64,000 nucleotides of DNA from Octopus sinensis. Lineage: Eukaryota. Position numbers and translations under genes: made by a program. The notes under the pieces are model-generated. The model was not told the origin of the DNA. It ran no database searches and saw only the letters and a program-made list of their open reading frames with translations. Position 1 is the stretch's first letter. Every line of letters starts with the position of its first letter. The DNA is taken from the NCBI RefSeq assembly GCF_006345805.1, contig NW_021832609.1, forward strand, positions 41,971-105,970, given 5' to 3'. Positions 49,765 through 60,800 of this stretch are shown here, one piece after another.

Positions 49765-50590
49765 CTCGTCGCGATCGGCTGGTGCTTCGACGCTGGGGAC
49801 TAAGCTTTAGGGCCTGTATTTGGGTTGTGAGGATCTTTATTTTGAGCAGCTTGCTGCGTCATTAATGCACGCAAGTCCGAAATCTCGGAAGAACTGGTTT
49901 GTGCACGGAAAGGATTGGTACTGGGAGCGGCTGGCGTCACCGTTGATACCGTTGGATATTTGTGCAGTACTTCGGCTATTTTGTCAGCTAGCTCCGCCAG
50001 TTCTTCAATGGATGTATTTTCTCTGGTAGAAGCGAGAACAACCTGGGTATTGGAGGGCAGACGCTGGAGAAAAAGCTGCTTGAAAATTTTTTCTCGGAGG
50101 CTCTCATCTCCGAGAAGCTGCTTCATTCTACGAAGAAGCTAGGACGGCGTTTTGTCACCCAATTCTTCCGATATCAGAAGCTGGCGAAGTCGTTTCTGTT
50201 GCGATTCGGAGGTGTTTATCAGCGTGGTTTTAAAAGTGTCGTACGACACAGAACCGGGTGGTGCCATGATAAGATCACGGACAACGTTTGTTATTTCTGG
50301 CGACAGAGAACCGATAACATGCGAAAGTCGAGACGAATCGCTCAGTATTCTGTGAGAGGAAAACTGTGCCTCTATATGGTAAAACCATAATGCAGGGTCG
50401 TGGGTCCAGAATGGTGGAATTTCAAAGAAATCGCCGCTTGGAATGCCATGTCGATCGGAGGTATGATTTTGGCCGCTGGATTCTGTTCCGGGAGGGCCAT
50501 TGTGTTCGTCGGAATTCTCAGGTGTTTCGTTGCCGGGGTGATGATGTGCAAGCTGTAATTCTTCGACGCGGTTGATGAAGCTGGTTCCGG
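49690..50590 (-). pseudogene. Gypsy gag with CHCC motif remnant
   Basis: AAISLK..FW.HDPALWF; LISEELGDKTPS*LLRRMKQLL; LFLQRLP; WYHRTFG and AQKCTVPC split by a frameshift. Confidence 0.85.
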
Positions 50591-50611
50591 GGAAGGCGCA
50601 ATTCGTTTGAT

Positions 50612-50621
50612 GGGGTCACCA
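50612..50621 (-). promoter_or_regulatory. Primer-binding site, tRNA-Trp-like
   Basis: TGGTGACCCC immediately after the 5' LTR, complementary to the 3' end of tRNA-Trp (..GGGGTCACCA). Confidence 0.75.
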
Positions 50622-50623
50622 AA

Positions 50624-51168
50624 TGTACTGGATGTGTGTGTGTGTATAAATAAATACATAAATTGTTTTTGATTAAAAAGGGATTTATTTACATGTATTA
50701 TAAATACACTACATACAAATGTAAGCAAATGCTACGCATTGCTTGTATAGAGCACATATTAAAGATGAATATGTTGTGTGTGTGGGTGTGTGCGTGAATC
50801 ATTCGAAACAGTAGCCTGTAGGCATTTCTCTGTCGTCTCCAAAACGCGGGGCGAGATACATCTGTCTGCTGGTGTGTCAGCTGCGATTGTGTTTCTTCTC
50901 TGTTTTTCCCTTGTATTTATAATATTTGAAACAGCTAGAAAGATAGACATACTGCAACAGAGTTACTACTTAAGTAGGTCAGCGCTTGTCCAGTTGAACT
51001 TCGCCCGACATGGCTGAGGTCGCAGGTCAAAGGGAGATGATCAATCACTTTTTGACAACGAAGAGATCTTTAAATTTCGCGCCTATATATGCATTGGTTT
51101 TTGACGACCGATGATTCTTGGATTCGATTTCGAATCTAGGCTTAGAGAAGGAAGTGCTAACTCTTACA
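50624..51168 (-). repeat. 5' LTR (545 bp)
   Basis: Matches 45334-45880. Confidence 0.95.
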
Positions 51169-51559
51169 CATGGATTCTCTAAATTTAATCTATGAGCTGT
51201 ACAGTAAAGATTTATAAGACATTCCAAAGATTCTCCATCTGAGATTATTTACGTGAACAGATATACACACTTCAGTGTCTCTATCGAGAGTTTAACCGAC
51301 ACATGCTTTCAACCACATATTTACTAATACTGGGAATTCTTTTCAATCAAAATTCTTTTTGTTCTGTTAGCGACCGGCTTCAACTTCCTTGAGATAAACT
51401 TAAATAAAACTCAAAGGAAAACAAACAGTCGGTCTTCCGTTATTCGCATATTATTACATTACGTAGACGAAGAGAGATCACTCCAACGGCAATGAAAATG
51501 CAAACGAAAAGAATGACGATCTAAGGGAAGTAATTCAAGGAAGTTGTACTCGGATTTTT

Positions 51560-51760
51560 CTACTCTTGGCACAAGGCACAAGGGGATGGAGCCAGTCGAT
51601 TAGATCGGTTCCAGTATGCAACTGGTACTTAATTTATCGACCCCGAAGGGATGAAAGGCAAAGTCGACCTCGGAGAGATTTGAACTCAGAACATAAAGAC
51701 AGACGAAATACTGCTATGCATTTCACCCGGAGTGCTAACGTTTTCTGCCAGTTCCCCTTA
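51560..51760 (-). mobile_element. tRNA-derived SINE
   Basis: TTTATCGACCCCGAAGGGATGAAAGGCAAAGTCGACCTC..GATTTGAACTCAGAAC; same family as 60190-60800. Confidence 0.8.
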
Positions 51761-52093
51761 AGATGTACCCGGATCGCAATATCTTTGTGCTCAGCTTCCT
51801 AGTTTGCAAAGATCTATCTATTATGTATTCACATACCTAGTTCACGTGTTAATCGTGTGGATTAAACTAAGTTCACTTGGATTAGTATGTATGGAAAGTG
51901 CATACTTGTCTTCAAAAACAATTGCTGGTAATATTGCTTACAGTAAAATGTAAATGATACGTAAAGAATAAATTATAGAAATGAAGAAAATAAAAGAAAA
52001 TTTGTGTGCATCAGCGCTTGGGACCGCTACCTTTTATGGTAGCTTTCTTTCTCTCTTGAATATGTCCTAAGTTACAAAATCTACTACACTAAC

Positions 52094-53520
52094 TACCGTA
52101 ATCCGGGGAGAATAGGGACTAAGGGGTGAATAGGGACAATAACCGAGAAAAATATTTTAGAACAATAAAGTTGAGATGACTCAAATTGTTCTCGTTTCTT
52201 TCTAGTTATTTCGTAGGTACATATATATGCCTTTCGGAACTTCCTTTTGTGTAGGAGAGGTTGTACCAGCGAGGGTGCTCCAACCCGCTCAGTTTTCTTG
52301 CAGCAGGTTTCCAAACACCCAGTGCACGTGACTGATTTCCCGGAAAATCCATTGGTATCCTTACCACCGCCTATTTCTGCTTTCACCCCTATTTTGGTGT
52401 TTGTAGTGATGAATACCATGCTGCGACAGTACAACCAGTTCCTGGAAAGAAAAATACGCCAAAATAGATCCTGAGCGACTAGAGGTCGCCAACGGAACGA
52501 CACTCAGAAAAGCAGAAGAGGACTTCAAAATTCCTAAGAGTGTTCTTAATCGGCACATCAAGTTGGGGGAAAAATATCAAGAAACGTGGTAGACAGACTT
52601 TTATTTTCAGGTGAAGAGGAAATTCTTGCTCAAAGGCTCGTGCTGTGCACCTCTTGGGGCTATCTGATGGACTCCTATGATTTGCGACTGATCGTTAAAG
52701 GATACCTGGATCGTCGAGGTGTCGATGTGAAAGATTCGAAGGGAATATGCCTGGTGTAGATTGGACTGAGTCATTTCTCCTGTGACATAAGATAGTTTAA
52801 GAGAACGAATATGCCCAAATATCAAACGAGCAGTTGCTGCCGTCTCCCGACCTAAAATAAACTCAACAATTTAGCTGAGAGCTTAGATGGTATACCTGCA
52901 ACAAATATTGTGAACTACGATGAAACAAACCTAACGGACGACCCGGACGGAAAAAGTCATCTACTTCTGTCATGTACGCTGCCGCGACTGATGGTACACT
53001 TCTCCCTCCTTACATTGTGTACAAGGCAGTTAACATATACGACACATGACATTCGGTGGGCCAAAGGTGCCCGATACAACTGAAGTAAGTCGGGCTGGTT
53101 TGATCTTCAAAGTTTCAGTGATTAGTTAAAACCATAGCCTTACCTTATCTCATATCATGTTGAAAATACCTAAATCGTGTTTATTCTGCCAATAATAATC
53201 TGTTCATTTTGTGTCACTTTGTTTACCTGTAATACATCTAGTCTTTTTAATTCTGCCAATAATCTGTTCATTTCATATCACTCTGTTTACTTGTAATACA
53301 TGTAGTCAATAATCTATTCACTTCGTATCACTTTCTTTACCTGTAGTTTTATATTTGTCCGTATTGACCCTACAGCTAGTTGAATAGGTCCAATAATGTG
53401 TTGTATATAACTGTCCCTATTCACCCCCAAAAGACGGGGTGAATAGGGACAGTGTTTTTTTAGTGTGTGTGCCAACGAATTTTGATAAAGTTTCAATGCG
53501 CGTCGGTAGGTTACCGGTAG
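52094..53520 (+). mobile_element. Decayed pogo-like (HTH_psq + DDE_1) DNA transposon with internal deletion
   Basis: TA|CCGTAATCCGGGGAGAATAGGGAC start; GGGGTGAATAGGGAC subterminal repeats at both ends. Fragments TLRKAEEDFKIPKSVL, PGVDW..SFL, IVNYDETNLTDDP, LLPPYIVYKA, SKSGWFD. Confidence 0.8.
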
Positions 53521-53569
53521 GGACATAAATCCCACTAAATTAATCAGTAAGTGCTATTGCAGTCGCTTA

Positions 53570-54145
53570 GTGACATGCAAATCTTCTACAGAATGACCCA
53601 GTTGCCACGTACAAATGGGCTGAAGAAAACAACATGCAATTTAATGCAGAAGGATTTCAAGCCATAACAAACATACTTTGGACGAAAAGAAACTGCAATC
53701 CTTGAGTCAAACACACTGCATGATTTGGGGATTTATATGCGCATCTACACTTCGTTTCCTGTATAAAGCATCAAGATGCTGGTAATGTGTTAGCGAAGGA
53801 CCAGAAGAGTATACATGTTCTATGGAGTAAACATGTTCTATGGAGTGAAGATGGAAAAGGTATGTAGTGATATACTTATGGAAACTTCTGGTATAACTAT
53901 TCTTTGGCATGAAGAGTTATACCAGCCCCCAACTGGATGTCACTGTTCCACAAGTGACACCCAACCCATCTAGAGTGAGGAACAGGAACTGCAATAACTT
54001 GTAATTTAAATATCTTGCAAAAAAATCTGTGAAATCTACATGAGGTGGGGGGTAGATGTTTTCATGAAAAAACTTGACCCCTTTGCTGTCCAAGGTGCCA
54101 GATGAACCAACATCACAACAGGAAACTTGAAAGAGGGCAGTAATA
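53570..54145 (+). mobile_element. CR1/Jockey-like LINE fragments
   Basis: KWAEENNMQFN, DLGIYM, KKLDP.LSKVPDEPT. The last segment recurs on the minus strand at ~63900-64000. Confidence 0.6.
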
Positions 54146-54315
54146 TGAAACTTCCTCCTTCACCAAAACCAATCAGAGAAGAATGGCCACTGAAAAGGTG
54201 ATAATACTGGTAGGGCTCCAGCATAACTACAGCCTTTAGGCTGAAATGCATAAAAGAACATATATATATATATATATATAAATGAAAGAATGGAGTTGAA
54301 CGACGATTTAACAAA

Positions 54316-54416
54316 ATTCCTTTATTCTCGACATATGTTTCGAAGACTGTATATTCCTAATTTCGAAGGAATAAGGGGTGCATTATGCCGCCTTCTCATC
54401 AGGAAAGACAAGGAAC
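54316..54416 (-). ncRNA. Type I hammerhead ribozyme, intact-looking copy
   Basis: CTGATGA (54402-54396), stem II GAAGGC/GTCTTC with inner hairpin, GAAA, palindromic ACATATGT, GUC (cleavage after 54330). Stem I TTTC/GAGA, internal loop, then TTCCTT/AAGGAA. Confidence 0.75.
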
Positions 54417-54501
54417 TTATGTCAGCATCATGATGATTATCACTATGGACTCTGTGTGGGCAGTCATCTAAAAGTTTTTGTTCATCATGATGCTGACATA
54501 A

Positions 54502-54602
54502 GTTCCTTGTCTTTCCTGATGAGAAGGCGGCATAATGCACCCCTTATTCCTTCGAAATTAGGAATATGCAGTCTTCGAAACATATGTCAAGAATAAAGGA
54601 AT
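54502..54602 (+). ncRNA. Type I hammerhead ribozyme, mirror copy
   Basis: CTGATGA 54516-54522, GAAA 54577-54580, GUC 54586-54588; G-to-A at position 1.1 breaks the first stem I pair. Confidence 0.7.
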
Positions 54603-55754
54603 TTTGTTAAATCGTCGTTCAACTCCATTCTTTCATTTATTTGTATTAAAAAAAACACACAAATTTCCACACGAAAGCACGTGATCTCTGCCCTTGGTAT
54701 GTAGCTTCAACCATGTTTTTCTGACGTGAATTTGCTACCCGGGTATCGGTTAACCGAATTATCCATACTAGAATAATTCATTCAACTACTTATATATATA
54801 TATTATATATATATATATACGTGCATGAGTTGTCTAAGTGTTCATAAATCAGGGAAATGATGCACTTGTATATCTGTCAATAAAGTGGGTATGTTATGCA
54901 AAATGTACAGTATTATATACCCATTACAGTTGATCTTAAGAAGTGGTTTCATGCCAGGAATACAATGGAGTGTTAGTTAACAATCAGATTATAGAACCTT
55001 ATGCTCGTCAGGGTTAGCCAAAATGGTTCTAGCTAGCTAATTAACACTCATATCTACATTCTGCTCTGTATTTGTCTACTGTCATAAAATTGAAAATCAT
55101 TTAAACCAAATAACAAAAAAGAAAGAAAAAATTAATAACAGCAGTGCCCAAGCAATACCACAGTCTTTGATCTGGAACATGTAAAAGACTGAAAATGTAA
55201 CATTCACAGCTATTTGCTAATTAAGGTAATTTCACTTTAATTTAACTATCTATCAATATATCATTTAATGCATAAATTTATAGATCTTCATGGCGTTATT
55301 TCACAGCCTTAGACATTTTGAGTGTGCCTATGATTTCAATACACAAATGCAGAATAATATAGCTCTTCTCTCCCTCTCTCTTTCTTTCTCTCTCTTCTCT
55401 CCTAGTTTTCCCTTCTCCCTTTTCTCTCTTCTTTGTCTCCAGTTAAGTTATTACCTCCCTTGGCATAAACATAACCCACAAACGGATCAGCCAGACTCAA
55501 GGAACACATAGAATAGTATCAAAGATAAGAATAGTTATAATAACAGCAGCAACAGCAGCAGCAGCAGTAGTAGTAGTAGTAGCAGCAGCAGCAGCACCAG
55601 CAGCAAGAATAAATAGCAATGGTGATTAACTTTGATAGCTCTAAAGATGATTACAAGCAAATTAATGTGCCCACAGGAGGCTTTTCACAAAAGAGCAACA
55701 AAAAAAAAACAGGTATGAACAACTATCATGTGGTAAATGATAGCAATAATATTG

Positions 55755-58330
55755 ATAATAATAATAATCATTGTTTAACGTCCGCTTTCCATGCTGGTAT
55801 GGGTTGGATGGTTTGACTGAGGAATGGTAAGCCAGGAGGCTGCACCAGGCTCTAATCTCATCTGGCAAGGTTTCTACAGCTGGATGCCCTTCCTAACACC
55901 AATCATTCCAAGAGTGTAGTGGATGCTTTTTATGTGCCACCAGCACAGGGGCCAGTCAGGTGGTACTGGCATTGACCATGCTTGGATTGTGGCTTTTTAT
56001 GTGCCACTGGCATAGGAGCCAGTCAGTCGGTACTGGCATTGACCATGCTCAAAAGGTGCTTTTTATGTTCCACTGGCACGAGTGCCAGTAGGGGACACTG
56101 GCATTGGCTACACTTGAATAGTGATTTTTATGTGCCACCAGCATGGGTGCTAATCAGGCAGCACTGGCATTGGCCACAACTACGATTTCACTTGACTCAA
56201 CAGGTCTTCTTAAGCACAGCATATTGCCCGACAATTGAAGGGTACTTTTAAATGAACCAGTTATGCAACACTTGCATCAGCCATGGCTATGATCTCACTT
56301 GGCTTGCCGGGTCTTCCCAAGCACAGCATAACTCCAAAGGTCTCGGTCACTTGTCATTGCCCCTGTTAGGCCTAACAATCTCACTTGGCTTGCCAGGTCT
56401 TCCCAAGCACAGCATAACTCCAAAGGTCTCAGTCACTTGTCACTCTGTTAGGCCTAACGTTCACAGGTCATGCTTCACTACACCATCTCATGTCTTCCTG
56501 TGTCTACCTCTTCCACAAGTTCCCTCCACTGTTAGGGTGTGATACTTCTTCACACAGCTGTCCTTATCCATACGCAACACATGACCATAGAAGAACAGTT
56601 GCCTCTCTTGCACACCACATCTGATGTTTCTTATGTCCAACTTTTCTCTCAGGGTGCTTACACTCTGTCATGTATGCACACTGACATTACACATCCAGTG
56701 GATCTACTAGCTTCATTACTTTCAGATCTATGCATGTCATCAGCAGTCACAGCCCATGTTTCACTGCAATGTAGCATTGCTGTTTGCACACATGCATCAT
56801 ACAGTCTACCTTTCACTCTGAGCAAGAGGCCCCTTGTTACTAGAAGAGGTAGCAGCTCTCTGAACTTTGCCCAGGCTATTCTTATTCTAGCAGCTACACT
56901 TTCAGAGCATCCACCCCAGCTACAGACTTGGTTACCTAGGTAACGGTAGCTATCAACTACTTGTAGTTTTTCCCTCTGGCATGTGATGGAATCTGTTTTC
57001 TGTATATCTTGGGTGTTTATTGCCCCTGTGCAGCTACCACACACAAAAACTATTTTCCCAGTTAACCTTCCTTTGATAATGCTTCGCCTCTTATGTGTCC
57101 GTAGCTTACACTGGGTACATCTCATGGAGTTTCTACCTAAGCCTTTTTTACAGGTCGAGCAGGGCCTGAAGGGAATTGTGATTTGTCTGTCTTCCTACTC
57201 ACTAAGGCTTTGTTTTTTTGCTAGGTTGACTAAAGCCCTTCAATTTTAGACCTTGTTTCAACACTTGGAACTTCTCTAGTTCTGGTAATGACTCAACTAT
57301 TAGAGCAAGATCATCAGCATAGAGGAGCTGCCAGGGGCACCCTATCTTGAATATCTCTGTTATTGCTTGGAGGACACTGATGAATAAGAGGGGACTGAGG
57401 ACTGATCCGTGGTGAATACCCTACTTCTACTCAGAATTCTTCACTATACTTGTTGCCAACCCTCACCTTACTGACAGCATCCCTGTACATGGCTTGTACA
57501 GTTCTCACCAACCTCTCATCTATTCCTAGTTTCTGCATTGACTAGCAGATAAGGGATCAGAGGATCCTGTCAAAAGCTTTCTCCATGTCAACAAAAGGCA
57601 AGTACAGAGGCTAGGTGTTTCTCCTGCAACTGTCTTACTAGAAAATACAGCATCAGTGGTGCTTTTCCCTGGCACAAACTCACACTACATCTCGTCTAAA
57701 CTAACTCTCTCCCTAATTAGTTGGGCTATGACCCTCTCTGTGACTTTCATCACCTGGTCCAACAATTTGATACTTTTGTAATTATTCCTATCTAACACAT
57801 CACCTTTACCTTTGTAGTAGTTGACTATGATGTTGCTACACAAGTGATTGGGTATGACTTCATGTATCACCTGGTTGACTATATGGGTGACTAGACTATA
57901 TTCTATACTACCAGATATTTTAAGCATCTCAGCTGTGATTCCTGATGAGCCAGGGGTTTTCTCTGTTTTCATACCCTTAATTGCTTTACCAAAGTACTGT
58001 CAATTTGAATAGCTGATCCCTTTGTTGGGTCGACATTTGGCAGACTCTCTTTCTCCCATTCATTCTCTTCATTTAGCAATCTTTCACATTGGTGTCTCCA
58101 AGTCTCTCTCTTTGCAGCATCATTAAGTGCAAGTGAATCATCATATAAGCAGACACATTTCTCTCCTATGACATTACAATTCTCTCTCACACACTGTCTT
58201 ACAATACGAAACACTTCAAGGCTCTGGTCCTCACAATGTAAAACATTGGGAAATTTTTTTCTTATCTACTTCCCCTCTGGCTAAGTAAACCTGTCTCCTA
58301 GCTTCCCTTCTAGTGATCTGATGCAGTTCC
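55755..58330 (-). mobile_element. 5'-truncated RTE LINE (~2.6 kb), disrupted
   Basis: KTPGSSGITAEMLK, IKLLDQVMKVTERV, YADD region at ~57310, RIRIAWAKFRELLPLL. 3' UTR has tandem TTTTATGTGCCAC repeats and an ~85-bp duplication at 56290-56455. Confidence 0.9.
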
Positions 58331-58739
58331 CTGCTACCACCACACTTCCAGCCCTTCCATTCCTGTTTTTTTTCCCTAATGGCCCTATCAACTACACTGT
58401 TCCACCACCACATTACCTTAGGTTGAGAGGGGTCTTTGCACCACCCACAGATAATAATAATAATAATGACGATGATGATTTCTTTTATTTGTCACCAGGG
58501 CAAAGGATGAGGGGACAATACAAAGACATAATGTGTTGGGGTTTACATATAATGGAATGATAAAATAAAAAGTATACAGGGCATACATTAGAAGAAAGGA
58601 AGTATACATAGTATGTGACACTAGAAAAAGAGGAAAAAAAAAGAAAAAGGATCGTGATGGGGTATCCCCTGATTCAGGAGGACCTCTAGGATAATCAAGG
58701 AACCCCACCATCCATGATCACCCTGAGTACTAAGGATGA

Positions 58740-60190
58740 GAACCCACTCCAACTTCTCTCTTCTGACTCATAGGTCTACACTGAGAATGGTACCATTCAC
58801 TCTTGCCATTTTAGCAACTTTCACCCACCTCTTCATATAGATTCACTCGAGGACAGCACCTCCCTCTCCACCCTCACATGCCTTTCCAAGGGAAACTTGA
58901 AAAAGTCGATGAGAGCTTTACCAAAGAGGAATATTTATGTCCTCATTCCTTTCAGCCACATCCACCAGATAACCTCTTTTGCCACAGCCACCAGACAAAG
59001 GAAGACTGCCTTTCCAGCCTGATTAAAGGAGGGTGGCAGGGCAATCATCATTATGGACTTGGACAATAGACGGATCTGTCCTACATGCAACAGCAGCAGT
59101 TCAACATAACTCCACAAGTTAGCAATGCCCAAACACAGAACAAGTGCATGCAGAATGGTTTTGTCATTCTGCAAGCACCTCAGACAAGCCCATCTGACAA
59201 CACATCCGTGCCTGTAGAGTTTATCTTGATCCAGTAGTGCCCCCCGGTAGCACTGCCAGGACAATGACATCTGGAAATTATCCATAACAGTCCCTGACCA
59301 GAAAGTCCTCTGGAACAGAGTTGCCAGTTCATCTTTGTCGATACCTATGGTCTTCCCCGAGGACGTCATCGCACTTCACTGCTGCTAATCCACTGTAAAT
59401 ATCTAGTGGAACATCCATCGATCCTATTGCCTGACTTGTAGAGGACAGTGAGCTCTTGACAACATTCTAAGTGCCAGGCGCCCCATCTCAGCCTATACTT
59501 TACCCAATACTGCAGCTCCATCACGGAGATGAGCTTCAGAAAGGCATGCCTCACAAATGGAGCCCACAACACATTCACCTTCAAGAAATCACTGCAGGTG
59601 GCATGACCTGAGTGTGTGGCTGCGCATTAAAATCCATGGCATGCCTAAGCTGCTATGCAAAGGAAGTTGGCAGCAGACTGACCACCTGACCATTGAAATG
59701 CGCCCTTTCCACAAGAAAATAAACAGGATATGCTCCAATCTACTCAAGCAGTAACTGGGACATAGGACAATGGTTAGACAATAAATAATGACAGAGATGA
59801 TGTAGGCATTCGCCACCTCTGCTGACCTTTCAGGAACAACTTCTTCTCTGCCCATTTCTGGGTAAGAGAGGTCACCCTGTTTGTCACCTCTTCCCAATTC
59901 TTATCCACCTGGAGGTCGGGACCAAACCAGATCCTGAGCAATTTTACTGGTCCATCAGTCCAGCATCCAATGGCATTGATCTGCTTCTCCAGATGCCCAG
60001 TTGCAATCCCACCAACTTGTTGGCATTGATTTTAGCCCCTACAACTCACCTCATATTCCTTCACAATGGAGCCAACCATCTCCACTTTGGAGGTTTCCGA
60101 CACCATGACAATGACATCGTCCACATATCCAGACAGTGCCCTCTTCTTATTGTTTATTTACCTTCGTCAAGAGTCACAGCAATCTATGTA
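58740..60190 (-). mobile_element. L1/Tx1-like LINE 3' fragment; related pieces at ~61000-61730 and ~62160-62700
   Basis: AEVANAYIISVIIY, LFIFLWKG, LGMP, YRGAL..DKLYRHG, CLRC..DKTILHAL, CLVAVAKEVIW. Confidence 0.75.
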
Positions 60191-60800
60191 AATTAATGAT
60201 AATAATAGAAGTCCTTTCCACTAAAGCCACGGGGCCTGAAATTTGTTGAGAGGGGACTAGTCAGTTACATCGACCCGGGTGTTATTTTATCGATCCTGAA
60301 AGGATGAAAGGCAAAGTCAACCTGAGCAGAATTTGAAATCAGAATGTGAAGAAATATCACTAAGCACATTAATAATAATGGCATGAATTTTGGCAGTAAT
60401 TTCAGGGAGGGGTTTAATCTATTACATCGATCCCAGTACCCAACTGGTATCTCTTTTAATATCCCTGAAAGGATGAAAGACAAAGTTAACTTCAGCAGAA
60501 TTTGAATTCAGAACATAAGGATGGATGAAATCCCACTAAGCATTATTCCCAGCATGCTAACAGTTCTAACTTAATAATAATAATAATCCTTTCTACTAAA
60601 GACACAAAGCCTGAAATTTGGGGAGAAGGGAATAGTCAATTTGATCAACCACAGTGTTTCACTGGTACTTATTTTATTGATCCTGAATGGATGAAAAGCA
60701 AAGTTGACATCAGCAGAATTTGAACTCAGAACGTAGCAATAGACAAAATACCACTAAGCATTTTGTGCAGCATACTAACAGTTCTACCAGCTTACTGCCT
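60190..60800 (-). mobile_element. Three head-to-tail SINE copies
   Basis: GATCC/CCTGAAAGGATGAAAG.CAAAGT.AAC.T.AGCAGAATTTGAA.TCAGAA at ~60290, ~60465 and ~60680, each preceded by an (AAT)n tail. Confidence 0.8.

Larger units (their letters stand above)
45334..51168 (-). mobile_element. Full-length Ty3/Gypsy LTR retrotransposon, CsRn1-like, defective as sequenced
   Basis: Two ~546-bp LTRs (TG..CA), CATG TSD at 45330-45333 and 51169-51172, PBS, PPT, and gag-PR-RT-RH-IN order. Confidence 0.95.
54279..54639. repeat. Near-perfect palindrome, ~158-bp arms, ~45-bp spacer
   Basis: 54279-54436 mirrors 54482-54639 with about 2 mismatches. Confidence 0.95.

Noticed and set aside
54322-54596. Twin ORFs MHYAAFSSGK... 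on opposite strands
   Set aside because: Artefact of the palindrome; no coding evidence.
55930-56460. CRISPR-like spaced repeats
   Set aside because: Irregular degenerate repeats in an RTE 3' UTR of a eukaryote; no constant repeat/spacer lengths and no cas genes.
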